A stretch of 64,000 bases of DNA from Raillietiella orientalis (GCA_036172245.1 JAYWIR010000013.1:1674001-1738000), one strand, 5' to 3'. Shown: positions 11,291 to 24,670, counted from the first letter of the stretch. A program made the numbers and translations. Notes: generated by a model not told the origin, from the letters alone.

Positions 11291-14200
11291 TCCAGCAACG
11301 GGACCGGACGCCGCCCGTGACCTGGACTGCGGCGGTTCTTAGCGCGCGGCGGGGACCCTCTCTGCTGGCGCAGCGATGGCGACGACGCGCTGCGTCCGCG
11401 CCATCGTCACGATCCGCCCATGTCTTTCAGACACATGCGCAGCGAAGGAAGGTCGCCCGCATGGCGACCGCCGCCTACATGAGGACGGTTGCTAGGTGAA
11501 ACCATTTGGAGGAATCGAAATCAAGAAGGGGGTCATCGGAATCCAGCTCTGGTTCTAGAAAGAAGGAACGGTTCGCGCCCGGTGGTGGCGGCTGGAGCGC
11601 GGGGCGCCGAGGAGCGACTGCGCGAGGAAAGCGCCGGCACCTTCCGAGAAAGAGGCGACGGCAGGCGCCCCACAGGGAAGGGACCCCCCAGCACTTCTCC
11701 ACGGGGACGGCCACCTTTCTGGGGGCAGAGACATCTGGCCCGTGCGAGGCTGTGCGCGTTCGCGCGCGGAAGGACTCATCTGAAGGGGATGAACCCCTGA
11801 GGTTTGCTTGGGGAGGAACTTGCGATTCCTCCGGCGTTTCCGGACAGCTCCGTGTCTCCCTGGAGCTGCAGCTGATTGTCGATGCCTGGAGGAGTCTCTC
11901 GTTCCGCGGGAGGCTGCTCCTGTGCACCGGTGGATGAGTTGGCTCAAGAGAGTTTTGACCCTCGAGGCCGTTTTCAGTGTCTCCCGAAGCCATGCCGGGC
12001 CGCGCGGGCAGGTCGGACCGTTCCCGCGTCTTCTGCTTCCCTTCGGTTCCGGATGCCGCTCCACCCTCCTGCAACCAGAGGCTGAGGCGCCCTCCTCTTC
12101 CACGAGCGAGCGACTGACCCCTGGGCCCGGCAGTCTCCAGGTTGAGCATCAAAGTGGAGGCTCACCGTGGCGGCGAAGCAGCTCCAGGAACGCGTCTGCT
12201 CATCCCCCGCCTCACAAGGAGGAAGGGGGTGAGTGGGAGGCGAGATGACAGACACTCTGCCCGGGAGGAATAGGGATCTTCCTTTATTCGTTTGTTGCCC
12301 ATCTCTGCTTCGGTTTAGAGGGATTCTATGGCCAGGCGCCCCCATTCCAAAGTACCAGGAGGGAAGGACTCTCCGTAGTGAGCGCAGCTTTCGGGAACTG
12401 CGGTCGTGGGAGCGAAGTCGGCAGCTTGGCATTCGGCCGAGGACTTTGACAGCAGGGTGTTGCCGCAAGCAGCATCTCCAGGGAGGAAGGAAGAGGAGGT
12501 CACGGTGACAAAGGAGGGAGGGTACACACCACTGAGGGAAAAGCGCTCCTGGAGGAACGAGGGGGAAGGAAAGAAGCAGCACGGCACAGGGCTCGAAACT
12601 GGCTGGAACGGCGAAGAGGTCGGACGGCCTTCCCGTGGCATCGTGGGAGGCGGGAGCAAGGGTAAGTGCGCGCGACCATCCGCTGGACTCTGTCCCGAAT
12701 CCGGACCCTCCCCATGGAGGACGAGGGCACGAAACCTTTCCTTGATTGAGTGAAGGCGTGGACCAAGGAGGACCGAGGGGCTGCTTTCCGCGCTAGAAGT
12801 CCTGACTGGGGCAAAGAGGTGGATGGGGTCGCAGGCACCGCAGAGTTCTCGCAGGGCAGCGGTCGCCGGAAAACCGGCGGCGAGCACTTCGCGCGACTCC
12901 GCTGCAGTCTCCTATTTCCAATCCCCGTCCTCCTCTTGTTCATCTCGGATAGTTCCGGGAGCTCCTCAGGAACCAGCATGCTGTTTCCCCGGAAACAGAC
13001 CCGTGAGCGCGCCTTCAGTGGGCGCGTCTCCGCGCTTTCTGGCTGGGATCCTCCCACGCCGCCGCCGCTACCATTCCCAGTGATGCCGGAGGCCACTCGC
13101 CCGCCGCCCTGCGCCCCAGTCTTCGCCCTCCCCGGCACGGTGGCGGGCCGTCCCGCAGCGGGGAAGACCCCGGCACGCCCTGTTCCCGCCGCCTGTCTGC
13201 CAGTCCCGAGAGGGCGGTTCGAGTGGGGCGCTCCTCCCCCAAAGGGTCTCCCGGGGAGTAGGGGGTAGAGGTATTATATTCCCGGGGCTGTGGGAAGAGC
13301 ATGCGAAGGCCGTCTCGGGAGGGAACCGGCACTTCCTCCGGATACCGAGGGAACAGAGAGAGAGTGACGCCTCGCGGATTGCCACGCCCCTCCTCCTCCT
13401 TTTGATTCTCCTCCTCCTCCCTCCCTCCCTCTTCCTCCTCCGCATCCCACCGGGGACAAGACGGGGAGGGGCGATGAGGCACTCCCTTCGTAGTTCTCTT
13501 CCAGAAATTTCCTGAGAACGGGAAGGGCGGGAGCGCCGTAGGCGGTCGGTCGGGGGATCGCCGTCCTCCTCATCCGGAAGTGCGGAAAGATGGAAGGAGG
13601 TGGAAAGGGAAAAAAGAAAGGAAAGAAAACGACGGATACAGAGGGTTGCTGGAAGGCAAGACCCATCCAGAGGGTAGCTCTCCCCCTCAACCACCGAGTC
13701 ATCCCGCCTCCACTGTCGCTTCAGAGAGGTTTCCTCTTCCTCATCCGTCGGGTCGTTCCGCGGAGATGGATGCTTCCTTCTGGGAGGATGGATCGCCTGC
13801 TCCAGGTAGCGGCTGAGGAGCACCGGGGGGAGGAGCTCGCAGCACAAAGAGGGAGGGGACAAGAGAGAAAGAAAATAGACGCCCGGGATCGTCGGCGCGC
13901 ATAGGGAGGGGGAAGGGTAGGGAGGACCGCGACCACGCTTGGAGCCGGCGTCCCGACCCTGACGCTCGTTGATTCGGCAGCCGTAGCTGCCGGAGCAGAG
14001 GCTCGCCCCCCTCCGCGGGAGAGCACCGGAACTGCCCTCAGGGATGCGTGCAGAGGCGCCACTGTCAGCTCCCCGGAGCCGCTGCCCGTTCTGTCTGCTT
14101 CGACGACGTGCCGTTAGATGGAAGTAGGAGGTTCCCGGACTTGCCACGAAAGCACGGTCGCGCTCACGTGCATCTCCCGACTCGCGGGATGAAGCCAGGA

Positions 14201-14899
14201 CCTTGAGGGAGTTTTCCACTCAGTCGGAACTGGGATGCTTCGATCTTTCGGGGATGCCTCGGGAGAAGGCAGGAGCGGGGTGACCGAGGACCGGCGTGAG
14301 GGATTGCGGGACAGCTGCCGCGTCAGCCGCGCTTCATGCTCGACGAGTGCGGAAGGACGTACGAGCCGGAGGGAAGGAGGGGGCGACAGAACATGTACTC
14401 CGGGAGGAGCAGAGCGCCAAACGTGGGTATCCTGGGTCGTTTTCAAGACTCCGTGCCTCCAAAGACCGCCGCTTTCTCGAGGGTGCGGAGGAGCTGAAGA
14501 CGGCGAAGAAGGAAACACTGCTGATCCCCTCCCCCTCTCCCCTGGGACAGTGAACACTTCACGGGGGCGCAAGAGGGTTCTGAGCTTCTCTGCTACCGGC
14601 CCGTCGGAGGGAATACAGTAGTTCCCGAGGAGACGGGAGGAGGAGGCGACTGCGCGCGCAAAAAAGATGCCGCAGGGGTTCTCTGATCCGGCGCAATCGC
14701 GCGCGTCAGATGCACGGGCGGCCGTTCGGAGCGCCACCATCCGATCGTCCGCCAAGCTGGGGAGATCGGCCTGAGTGCACACTCTTTCTGGCGTTTTTGC
14801 AGCCCTCGTGTCAGGACGTGGGCCACTCCTGGGGCCTCCCTAAACCCTCGACCGCAGTCGGACAGCCCTCGTAGCGCACAGACTGGGGTCCGAGAGATG

Positions 14900-15900
14900 G
14901 TGACCGTCCCCTGGTTGCAAGGCCAAGAAAAGGAGTGCCGCCCTTTCATCCGGGCGGGAGGAGGAAACACGGCACTCCCGACCAGGGAGGGAGAGCTCAC
15001 AGGCGTTCCCTTCCGTGGTGCCTTCGAGACCCTCGGAGATCCCCGCACCGCTTCCCTCTTCATCCCCCGCCCCTCCAGAACCGTTCTCCGGGGGGTAGAG
15101 CAACTCCACGTGGGCCGCACCGGAATCGCCGCGGATGCTGTCGGAAGCTGCAGCGGCTCCAGCATGCGATCGAGGCGACCCGGACATCCCCGAGGGAACC
15201 ACCCCCTAGAGCAAGGGGCGACCTCGCAGCCTTCCCTTCCGGCCTACGGCCGAAGTGTCGCGCGCCGCGCCTGCGGAATACCGGAAGCTGCGACACCGGA
15301 AAGGGTCGGAGGGCAACGGTGTCCTTTCTGGTCGCGCGGTTGAAGATTGCGGATGCTGCTGCGCCCTCACTACCTCTTCCCGGACCATGAGGTGTGAAGG
15401 ATAGTGACGGACTCCTGGCTGCCGGGATGCAGCCGGAGGGAGAAGGCCCGCTGGAGGCGCCCAGCGACTCCGACGGACGAACCGGTCTCACGAGTTGGGC
15501 GTGGGTGGACAAGTCGAAGCTGCTGGTTGCTGCGTTCTCACCGAGGGGTCTCCCTCGGGCCGGCTGGCGCTCGGCGGGGCGCGAAAGAACGGGGAGTTTC
15601 TTGAAGCCCTTGGGGCCGAAATGGCCTCGACCTGTTCTCGGACTATCGACAGGCGAGGAGGAGGAGGAGGAGTCCAGTTTGCTTGGGCTCCCACGAGTGC
15701 ACCCCCGAGAGGGCTCAGTCTGGCGCGCAGCTTTGGGTTGCAGCGCTCTGGCTCGTGGCATGAGGCGCCCGACCCTGCGGAAGACTGCGCAGAGCGCGCA
15801 TCCCTTGGGCATGTTCTCTGCCAAGGCATAAGAAAACTTCTCGTTTCGAAGGGACCTCCCATCCTCTCACCAGACGGATCCACGTGTCTGTTGTTTCCCG
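14900..15900 (-). mobile_element. Decayed LINE ORF1-like (Gag-like zinc knuckle) remnant; inverted homolog of 58.0-58.9 kb
   Basis: MPKGCALCAVFRRVGRLM resembles a degenerate C-x2-C-x4-H knuckle and is followed by an S/P/R-rich tail. 14994-15746 is nearly identical to the reverse complement of 58102-58854, and there is similarity to ~61.4 kb (TPKGCALCAAFR). Confidence 0.55.
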
Positions 15901-18014
15901 TTCCAATAGCATTCTTGTCCAGAGGACAGCAAGGGATCCATCCATTTGTGGTCCTCCGGCAGCACGGTAGCTTGGCGAAGAGCGCGGCGTCTTGCTTCCC
16001 TGTGGGAGGGAGGGGGGAGTGTTCTCACACCGGGCCAACTTCCCGCTGGACTGGAATCAGCCTCTTCTTGCCGATTCGCTTCGACTCTGCTCCAGCGAAG
16101 ACCGGCTCGGCGAACTTCTTGCTCCTCCTGATGTCAGAATGATGCACGCTGGGATCGGTTCTCCATCCATCCTGCCCATGCGAACGTAAAGAATGTCTGC
16201 GAAATAGGGGTTAACGAAGAAGGAAGCGGTCAGCTTCATTCGGGGCATGCAATGGCTCCCCTCCTCCAAGGCGAGTCGGGTCAATGTTTCACCACGAGGT
16301 GCCGACGAAGAACGAGCTCGGGTAAGGAGAGGTGACTGCTCGGATGCACATCCAGGCTCCCCTCCCTCGTGGTGTGGGGAGGTGCCGAGTCAAGTAGCCG
16401 TCCCACGCGGAACCTGCTTGGAAAGTTCCCGAGAGACGAAAGGATCGGATTCTTTCAGAACCGGATGAAAGGGCTATCCCCAACGCCCGAGGAGAGCGCC
16501 AGGGGTGCTAGGCAGCCCGCGCTGCTCACGCCGAGTATTCGAACGGCAAGGGGAGGGACAGCCGGCGGAATGGGTCAGCTCAAGAATGCGCACCCGGAGA
16601 CTTGTTTCCGGCTGCCGCACGCGCCATCATGAGTGCCAAGCATGGGAGGGGGGGTGAAGGGAGACCCACTGACCACATCGGAGTGAATCACCATCGGACA
16701 AGGGAACGAGCTGCGCCTGCTCCCGGGAACAGAGTCGTCCGGTTTCTTTGCCGAAGGCGTTCCTCCGGGAGCGCTGTGGAAAGGACGCGCGCGCTCACGG
16801 AGTCTTCTCCCTGGACGGCAGCCCCGTCGCGATGGCCGGGAACCGAGCGCTCCTCCGGTCACAGCCAAAACGTTCGCTCCACGGTTTGCTGGCGACTGCC
16901 TCCGGAGCCGCGCCGAGAACGAACGCGTGCGAGAGAAGAAAGGAATCCAAGGGCAATTCGACCGGCCGTTGGAGCCGCATCGGCTGGGGGAGCCATCCCT
17001 CCTCCAGATGAGGGGACGTTGCCTATGACCGGAGGGCAACCTCGGAATCTGGTCTGAGCCACGGCCTGGCCGGGAAGGCTCGCTCGTGCGTAAAAGGAGC
17101 TCCGAAATCACAATTCGGAGCCCGATTGCCCAAGGATGCTGCATTTCTCCTGCATTCTGAGGGTTCCTCGACCCTGGATCCACGGAAGTTTCGAAAACGA
17201 TGAGGTGGATTCCGGGAGAGGATGCGGGGATGATGCCCCTCTTGTTCGCTGTTCCAGACGCGCAATAAAAAGTGAATTTACGAGTGCGGTTCGCATACGC
17301 GGAGATTTGTTTTCTACCCAGAGAGGAAGGGAAGGCCCAGATGCATCCATCTTTTTTTTTTTTACATCGTAACATCGCTTAGGTTACGGCATAGCAAGGC
17401 CCGCGGTGTCCCGATGAAACCGGCGCGCTGCGTCCGAGCGCAGTTCCCTCGAAACGCTTTCGCGGCAGCTCAATCGGCTGTGCATGCAAGTGCGAGCGAG
17501 GGAGACGGCTGCAGGATTGGGGTGCAAGCGGGGGAGGAAGCGGTCAGCTTCGTCCGGGCACGCGATCTGCCAGCAGTCCCCGATCAAAGCAGAGATCACG
17601 GCTCCCTCACGCATACCGGTGGAGAGAGCAGGGAGGCCGATGGGACCCGCTTCGGAAGGCGGCGGAACTAGGGTCGGGCGCGGCGGACGCTCGCTACAAG
17701 AGGAGACGGCCAAGGAATAACGCCCCTAGCAGTGCCGATGGAGTGCTGAAAGGGCTTTTTCATGGCTCTTCTCAAGGAGTGGAGAGCACCACTCTCCACG
17801 AACAGAAAGTGTCCCTTTCCCCCTCTCCTCCCCCCCCCCCCCCGAGGCAAGCGAGGCGGTGGCACACCCAAGCGGTCATTAATTGGCAAACGGAAAAAGA
17901 TCGGACGATCGCGGAAGGTGGCGCCCTAACTCAGGAACGCGACGCAAGTGATGCGGGTGTGGAGGTGGTGGCGAGATCACTCGTCCTCGTGCGTTCGTAC
18001 CAATCAGCCCACTC

Positions 18015-18790
18015 GAGGGCCACGTAGCTACTGAGGTCTCCGCGGGTGGCATCGCTAAGCGCAGCGAACTCGGGTACTCGGCAAGAATCGACGCCAAGAG
18101 ATGAGAGGTACGTCATAGGTTCGAGTTCCTCCCGCAAGATGACGTTGGTTGGTCTCGGATGTCTTCGGATGCTGTGGCACTGGCAGCGAATAAAACCGGA
18201 TGCCCCCGATGAGTGGCCGGGATCGGGAATCGACCCTCCGGGTCCTCCCAGGAAGCAGAGTCAAGAAGTGGGTAATTCCGCTCCGGTTGTGCAAAGGAGC
18301 CGTCCCTCCCCTCTCTTGGATGGACTCCGTCTCGGAACATAGAGTAGGTGTGGTGCCGCACCAGGGTGCGTAAAGAGGTGTTCCTCTCCCTTTAAGCCCT
18401 TCAGAGAAATTGGAAAGCGGACCTTCGGATTTCTCTCCAGAGGATGAAGAAACAGGGAGCAGTTCTCTTGCGAGGGTTCTCTCCGGTGAAGAAATTCCTA
18501 GTAGTGAGTGGATCTTCTCCGGGTTCCCTCCGGAGAAGAAAAATGGAGCGGACCCCTTCGGAGACAACCGGACATACTTTCTAGGACTCGTGAGAGGAAC
18601 GGTCTTCTTTCTACACGGAGTCCTTCCTGGATTCATAGGGTGGTCCCCTCTCGGGTACCCCCCATCCCATTCCCGTTCCCATCCATGAGGATGCGATAGC
18701 TGATTGATGGAACACCACGTGTACCCGGACACGAATATCAACTTCCGGATTTTCCAGTGGGAAGAACACAAAAAAAGAAAGAAAGAAAGA
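18015..18790 (+). mobile_element. tRNA-headed SINE-like element, diverged near-full-length copy B
   Basis: CTGAGGTCTCCGCG head shared with copy A, B-box-like GGTTCGAGTTCC (18118-18129), body motifs CCGGATGCCCCC, CCTTCAGAGAAATTGG, GGAGTCCTTCCTGGATTCATAGGGTGGTCCC, A-rich tail. Confidence 0.75.
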
Positions 18791-19429
18791 ACGAACAGCT
18801 GCCAGAGATGGGCAGCGTTTCTCTCGCTTCCCATGACCTGAATCCCCGGTCCGTGTGAAGGAGTTCATTTCCGGTTTATCCGGAATGCAGTTCACGTGCT
18901 GCGGCGTCCCAGGTCTCCTTTGTTCGGGGTGCGGCCACGGAGGCAGCCGTTCCTCCCCTTCCGCGCTCTGTTCAGCTGCGCCCCGGAACACACCTGTGGG
19001 GTTTTTTTTGCATCCGCATTCCGGCTGGAGGCTGTGTCCTGTCAGAGACAAACGGCGATGGCGCCGCTCCTCTCGGAGCAGCGGATGCACTTGCGATCCG
19101 GCGACACCTGCGCAATCATTCATTGGGCCCCGGTGCCCCCGAACGATGTTGGAGGAGGTTCGATCTGGCTTGCTGCAGAGAGGAAATTCCGTCAATTCCC
19201 CTTCCACAGGCCTTCTAGCTCGGAGCGGATTGGTCGTCTCCTCTGCATGTCCTCTCACTGGAAGCCAAGACCGTCGAGGATGGATTCCGCTCCGGAGAGG
19301 AGGAGATGCGCAGTCATCCCTTCCCCGGAACCCCTCTTTCCGCACCAGAGCAGATGGGGGAGCTCCCCCTAGGGAGTCCAGGAAAACTCTAAAAGAGGGA
19401 AATCTATGGGGAGACTCCCAGGGACGCTC

Positions 19430-20350
19430 GATTCTCACCCAGGCATTGATTACTTAAAGTAGAACCGTTGGTTCTACCACGCACAATGAACCTGCCGAGG
19501 ACTGGTGAGCCGATGGGCGAGGTCCGCTTCGGCAGCGTGGGGGAGGAAAAACAAAAACCAAAAAAAATAAACAAGCAAAACGAGAGAGGGGAAGTTCTAC
19601 ACGGGGAGGGGAGGGGAGTACCAAGGAAATGATCATGGTACGCTTTCAGGCGTCCTCGGCGTCCTGTTCAGGATGCTGGCAAGATCTGTCCGGATAGTGG
19701 CTTGGTGGGGTCATCTTGAGGAAGTCCTCAGAAAGATCCCGCACCCAGTGGACGGACGGCGTCCCGGATATTTCGGCCTCTTCTGGCGTTGCAGGCCGCC
19801 ACTGCGAGGGACGCGGCTGGCGACAGTGCGGCACCGCGCTCGAAGAGGCGTTTCAAAACTCAATGGGCCGCCCACCGGAGTTCCTAGAATCGTCGCCAGG
19901 TGACCCCAGAGGAGTCGGAGGGCAGCATAGTCCAACAGCAGGTGCTAGAGGGTCACTTTATTCCCATACCTGTCTCAGTGAGCGTCCACGCTCCCCTTTC
20001 CCTAGTGTCCAGTGGCAAAGGCACTCTTCGCACGGGATTCCCCCCGTGTACCACCAGCAACGTCAACTCTTGCCGCTTGAGGGGGAGGGTTGCACTATTC
20101 CAGAAAACTGGGGGCCGCTCTATCTCCTCCAGAGAGATGCCAAGTAGTTCTCCCCAGCGTACAATTCCATGGGGTGGGACACTCGAGGTCGCAGAGTCCG
20201 TCACTTCCCTAGTTGTCCATGCTCCCAGAAGTTTTGTTTTGCTGCTATGCAGCGCTTACTTCCCACCTCTCTAAGAAGGAAGCTTGAGGAAGCGGATGAC
20301 GGATCCTGTAGTGCAGGGAACGAGGAAGCACTCTAATGGTAGCGTTTCTT
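19430..20350 (-). mobile_element. Degenerate L1/Tx1-like LINE 3' fragment with 3'UTR
   Basis: ORF 19953-20204 (DSATSSVPPHGIVRWGELLGISLEE...LPLKRQELTLL) and ORF 19711-19935 (ALRLLWGHLATILGTPVG) align with the 27-kb copy. The T-rich 3'UTR with CGGCAGGT...GTGGTAG motif is shared with the 8.8 and 27.1 kb copies. Confidence 0.75.
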
Positions 20351-20439
20351 GGAAAACTCCTGTTGGAAGGGCCGTGCCTTTCCTCCTGCCGGCGGCAGTA
20401 GCCGCATTGGCGCTCAGCTGCAAGAATCACTCTACGCTG

Positions 20440-21240
20440 CCCCCGTTCCGTTGGCGGCAGCGCGCGGCAACGAGCGAGTCGTGGGTTCGAATCCCGCCTG
20501 TGGAGGGAGGATCGACACCGAGAAACCGGGGATGGAGGGGTGTCATGGGTTTCGAGCTCCCCCTTCCCCGGCAGGAAGACGATTCTGGTTGACTTGTGGG
20601 CTTCGGATGCGGAGACACTGGTGGAGACCTGCGGATGCTCCCGTTGACCGACCGGGATTGGAATTCGACCTTCCGGGGTGCTTCCAAGAGCCATGAAGCC
20701 GGTTCCTGGAAGGAAATTCGTGGCTCCTTGATTTTCGGGTTCCCCTCCGGCTGTGGGAAGGGAGCCGTCCATCATGGAGTTGGTTGATGCCCCCTTGGGG
20801 TAAGTCTCTTCAGGACATCAAGAAGAAGCTCTCTGCTCCCTGAGGGAAGCGACTCTTCCGAGAAATCGGAGAGCCTCCCTACGGGGTCCTCTTCAGAGGA
20901 GGAGGAAAGAAGGGGTGGTTCCCCTCGCCGGTCTCTTCCGGAGAGAAAATGGGGAGCGTCTCTCTTTTCTCTCTGAAAGAGCAAGGAAAGGTTCTTCCCT
21001 TCGGGTTCCCTTCGGAGAGAACCAGGACGAGAGTTCCCTGCCAAGCATGGGAGAAGACCGCTCCTATCCATCCGGAGTCCTTCCGGATTCATAGGGTGGT
21101 ACCTCCATCAACTGAAGGGCAGCAAGCATCTTCGGGAGAAGTGGAATCGTCTTAAAGAGTACCCCGTGAGGGGGCGGACTCTTCAACACTCCTTGGGACC
21201 TCCCTCCTCTTCCCCCCAAAAAAGACCCGAAAGAAAACAA
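20440..21240 (+). mobile_element. tRNA-headed SINE-like element, near-full-length copy D
   Basis: Canonical B-box GGTTCGAATCC 20484-20494; body collinear with copies E and F; CCCC-GTGA-GGGG hairpin 21162-21173; A-rich tail. Confidence 0.8.
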
Positions 21241-21366
21241 GTTGGAAAGAAAAGCAGCGGAAGCAGAAGAACTCAAAGGGAATTCAGGTCACCGGATGCC
21301 ATTAGGAGAAGATGCTGTCCTTTGCCGCGCGTTGCTTCAGGAAGTATGGCAGAGGACTGAGGTCGG

Positions 21367-21574
21367 TGACGCAGGGGAAGGAAGGGAATGAGGTGAACTC
21401 CGACCACCACTCGACCACTCCGGGAGTCGTCCGAAGACCTACTGCTACAGAGTACAGTCGCCACGCTCGATGCTTCCCGTCCTTCCGGGAGTCCGGCGAC
21501 AGTGCTGGGGGAAGGAAGAAAGGAAGGAAGGGGGAGAGAAAACGACGGGCGGCTGTTCCTCGTTTCCGCCTCCA
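21367..21574. repeat. ~210-bp dispersed repeat, copy 1 (solo-LTR-like)
   Basis: Clearly aligns with 24444-24670 (GAAGGGAATGAGGTGA.CTCCGACCACCACTC...CCGAAGACCTACTGCT...TTTCCGCCTCCA); ends TG...CA; flanks GTCGG/GACGG. Confidence 0.75.
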
Positions 21575-21899
21575 GACGGGTGGCATCTCCCTTGCGAGCA
21601 TCCGGAGCGGGATCTCTGGAGGCCTGGGACTCGAAGAGGTCCCGGGTCTCGACACGAGGTGCTCCCGGAACGCCGGGTCTCCCCCCGCGCGGAGGAGAGC
21701 AGCTGAGAGGCGAAGGACGATGGACTCCAGGACGCTGCGCAGCCGGGAGCATCTCCGGGACCAACTGCGAGTGCGAATGGTTCCAGCGGTGACCGCGGAG
21801 GGAGGCTGCTCTCCTGTGGGAAAGAAAGGTGCAGAGAATGGGAGATGTCGCTTGCCCTGAATACCGTCCACTGAGCTTCTTGTCTCTTTTGCGAGGTGG

Positions 21900-23600
21900 G
21901 CGAAGAGCCAGCCCCTGTTTGGATGCCTGGGAGGCCGCGGGAATTCGTGCGGAGATCTCCCCTCACGGCGACGGTCTGTCTGGCGCAGTGGAAACCTCAG
22001 GTGGATCTCGACACTCTTTCATCCCGGTCTCCTCCCCTAGAGCGGAAGGATATACATGCTCTCGCCTCCGCAAGATGAGGACACTGTTGCCAAACAACCC
22101 TTTGAACGGATCCAGGAGGATTTTCCAGGCGTGACCCAAGATGGGAAGACGGCCATTTGGGATCAGGGACTCTCGTTTCCAGAGCTCGCGTTCCCTTGTG
22201 AGGCCCCCGCTGATTCAAGCGCGCCGCCCGCTTTCCTCCGGGCTGCACCTTGGGAGGGTCGCCGGTTGCTTCGGGGGATTTTTTTGCTCCCCGAGAAGAT
22301 GAGAACGCACTGGCGGTCCATCCTTGAGGGATGCCATTCTTGTCAAGAGGAATTTTTCTCTCTCGGAGACCCCCGTGCCGAAGCCCTCATCCAGCAAATC
22401 CAATTTGTGGAAGCGTCTTCTCCATCTAAAAGGCTTTTGGGCGATCCTTTTCCCTGAGGACTCGCAGGGACTGTCGGTTGTTTCCAGCGGTGGTACTGTC
22501 GAGTGAGTTGCTTCTAAGGGACTCCCCAGATCTTCTCTCCGGGGGAGATGGAGATCCGCTCTTCTAGCATCGAAAGCGGCTCCTGCGGGCGGCGGAGTCC
22601 CGGTGAAACGCGTTTCCGGACATGAGGGCTCTGGAGTTTCGCTCCCACGTGCGGGGACACCAGAAGGCCGGTTTTCTGCGCGCGAATGTCCGACACCTGC
22701 CTGGCGCTTGGGGCTGCGGACTGGAGTCCTCTGTGCCAACCTACTCGCAGCAGACCGCGTTTCCTATGCTCCCCGATCCGAGATCTTCCAACGTCTCTGA
22801 CAAACGCGTGATACGCGAGCGGTTTGTCCCCCTTCGAGCGGGACGCTACTGGTTTCAGTTGGCTGATCCCAGCTTCACACGTCGTCGCTGAAGTTCCTCA
22901 GCATTCGATACCCCTTCTTTCGAACGGGGGTGCTAACTTTAGCAGCACCGATCGACCGCTGCTTGATTCATCGATTCGCGCGGAACCGAAGACTGGAGCC
23001 GTACCCCCGGGAGAAGTGGGATCCATCGGTCATTCCCCCAGAACTCGAGAAGCCTGTGAAAGCAGCTCATGAAGAGGAATCTCCCCTTTTTCTTGATGGA
23101 AAGGCTCTCCCGTGCAGTCCTGGAAATGCACTCAGCGGATGACAAGCAGAGGTCAGCCCCCCCCCCTCCCCTTCTTACCCCTGCATTTCGCCTCCTTCGT
23201 CTTGCCGGCAGCGCCCGCTCGACGATGGGGGCCACCCGCTGCTCGCACACGTCAGCAACTCCCGGCCACACCACACCGACGATCGCCCTTCCCAAAATCT
23301 CACGCGGAACGCAGAGAGGGCGGCCGTCCTCCCTGGAACTGCATCCTCCTGAGAGGGAAACGCTCACTCCTTGACACTCCGGTGAATTGCCGGATGGTTC
23401 GAGGGACACTTTCATCCTGCTCTGCTCTGCCGCTCGCTCAGCCTCCTGGACGCATCCCCTCCCTGCTCATTGACTCCGGGGCTCTCTCTTCCTTGAATAG
23501 CAAACATTCGGAGGTTTGAGAGAGGAGTTGCCGAGGGTAACGAGAAAGGGACAGCGCTGGGAGGGTTGACCAACATGCATAGAGAATCCAGAATTTTCCC
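21900..23600 (+). mobile_element. Heavily decayed non-LTR reverse-transcriptase ORF2 remnant
   Basis: Motif relics in RT order: STDRPLLDS (D..KAFD-like, ~22945), DKQRSAPPPPLL (QG.PLSP-like, ~23140), CAC ACC GAC GAT = HTDD at 23272-23283 (two changes from YADD); short nucleotide similarity to 62.9 kb. Confidence 0.5.
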
Positions 23601-24443
23601 CTCATCGTATCTGCGAGTCTGTTGGTCCCTCTCATTCTTCATCCAGCTTTGCCTCCGGCACTGCCTCAAGGCCTCTCGTGATCATGCGATGCGATGGGGG
23701 TGGCAGCCTGGGAACGACGGGATCTTCACACGTCGCCGTCCTTCGCTTTCAGCAAACCGACCGCCAGGACGAGACCGCCGGCATTACTCGGACTCGTCCT
23801 GGCGACTCGAGAAATCCCTGCGTCTCTCTCCGCACGCGAGGGAGAGCGGAGAGTCTTCGGTGGCCAAGGGTGGCGAAGACCTCGGCATGGTGAGGGAGGT
23901 GGGTTCGCGCGGGGAGGAGAGCAGACTGGTTCGGGGTTCCCGCAAGAAGCTGCCAGGCACCGCGCTCATCTCAAGAGGCAGCTCGTCCTTGCGGAGGTTG
24001 AGCCGAGGAGGGAAATCTGCCGCCGGTTCGATTCTCCCCCCTTATCTCCCTGGTGAAGCAGCGATGCGCGCCCGCTCTTCCCCAAATTAAAGAAGGACCT
24101 TTGGAGTGCTTCTGTATGGAAGGTGGTAGGAAGAGGGAGGAAAGATCATTGAAGCAGCTGCCGCCTCTTATCTGGCTATCGGCATTCCGGGAACAAGCGA
24201 CACGTCCACAATAGAATTAGATGCCAGCTCGACAAACCCATTTTGTTGCGCATCGGACGGCTGCATGGTCGGCCCGCGCCTTTATTGCGTCCCCCGTCCG
24301 CTTTATTGAAATTCGGGATCCTCGCTCCTGTTCGCCATTAAAGGAATTACCGGACTGATTCCTCTGCATGGGAGGGCTGCTGACGCGCGCGAGCAGTGGC
24401 CGCCGCCACCGACGAGCGGGCGCGGCCAGCCAAACGAAGGAGG

Positions 24444-24670
24444 CGACGCAGGGGCAAGAAGGGAATGAGGTGACCTCCGACCACCACTCCGACCACGCCG
24501 GGAGTTGACCGAAGACCTACTGCTGCAGGGTTCTGACGTCACACTCGACGCTTCCCGTCCTTCCGGGGGGGGGGGGCGACAGCGCCGGCGGAAGGAAGGA
24601 AGGAAGAAAGGAAGGAAGAAGGGAAGGGGGAGAGAAAACGCCGGGCGACTGTCCTTCCTTTCCGCCTCCA
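24444..24670. repeat. ~225-bp dispersed repeat, copy 2 (direct repeat of 21367-21574)
   Basis: Same sequence as copy 1 with an expanded internal (GGAA)n tract. Confidence 0.75.

Noticed and set aside
21367..24670. A single complete LTR retrotransposon
   Set aside because: No TSD across the outer ends, no evident PBS/PPT, gag or integrase, and the interior RT relic resembles the non-LTR family.
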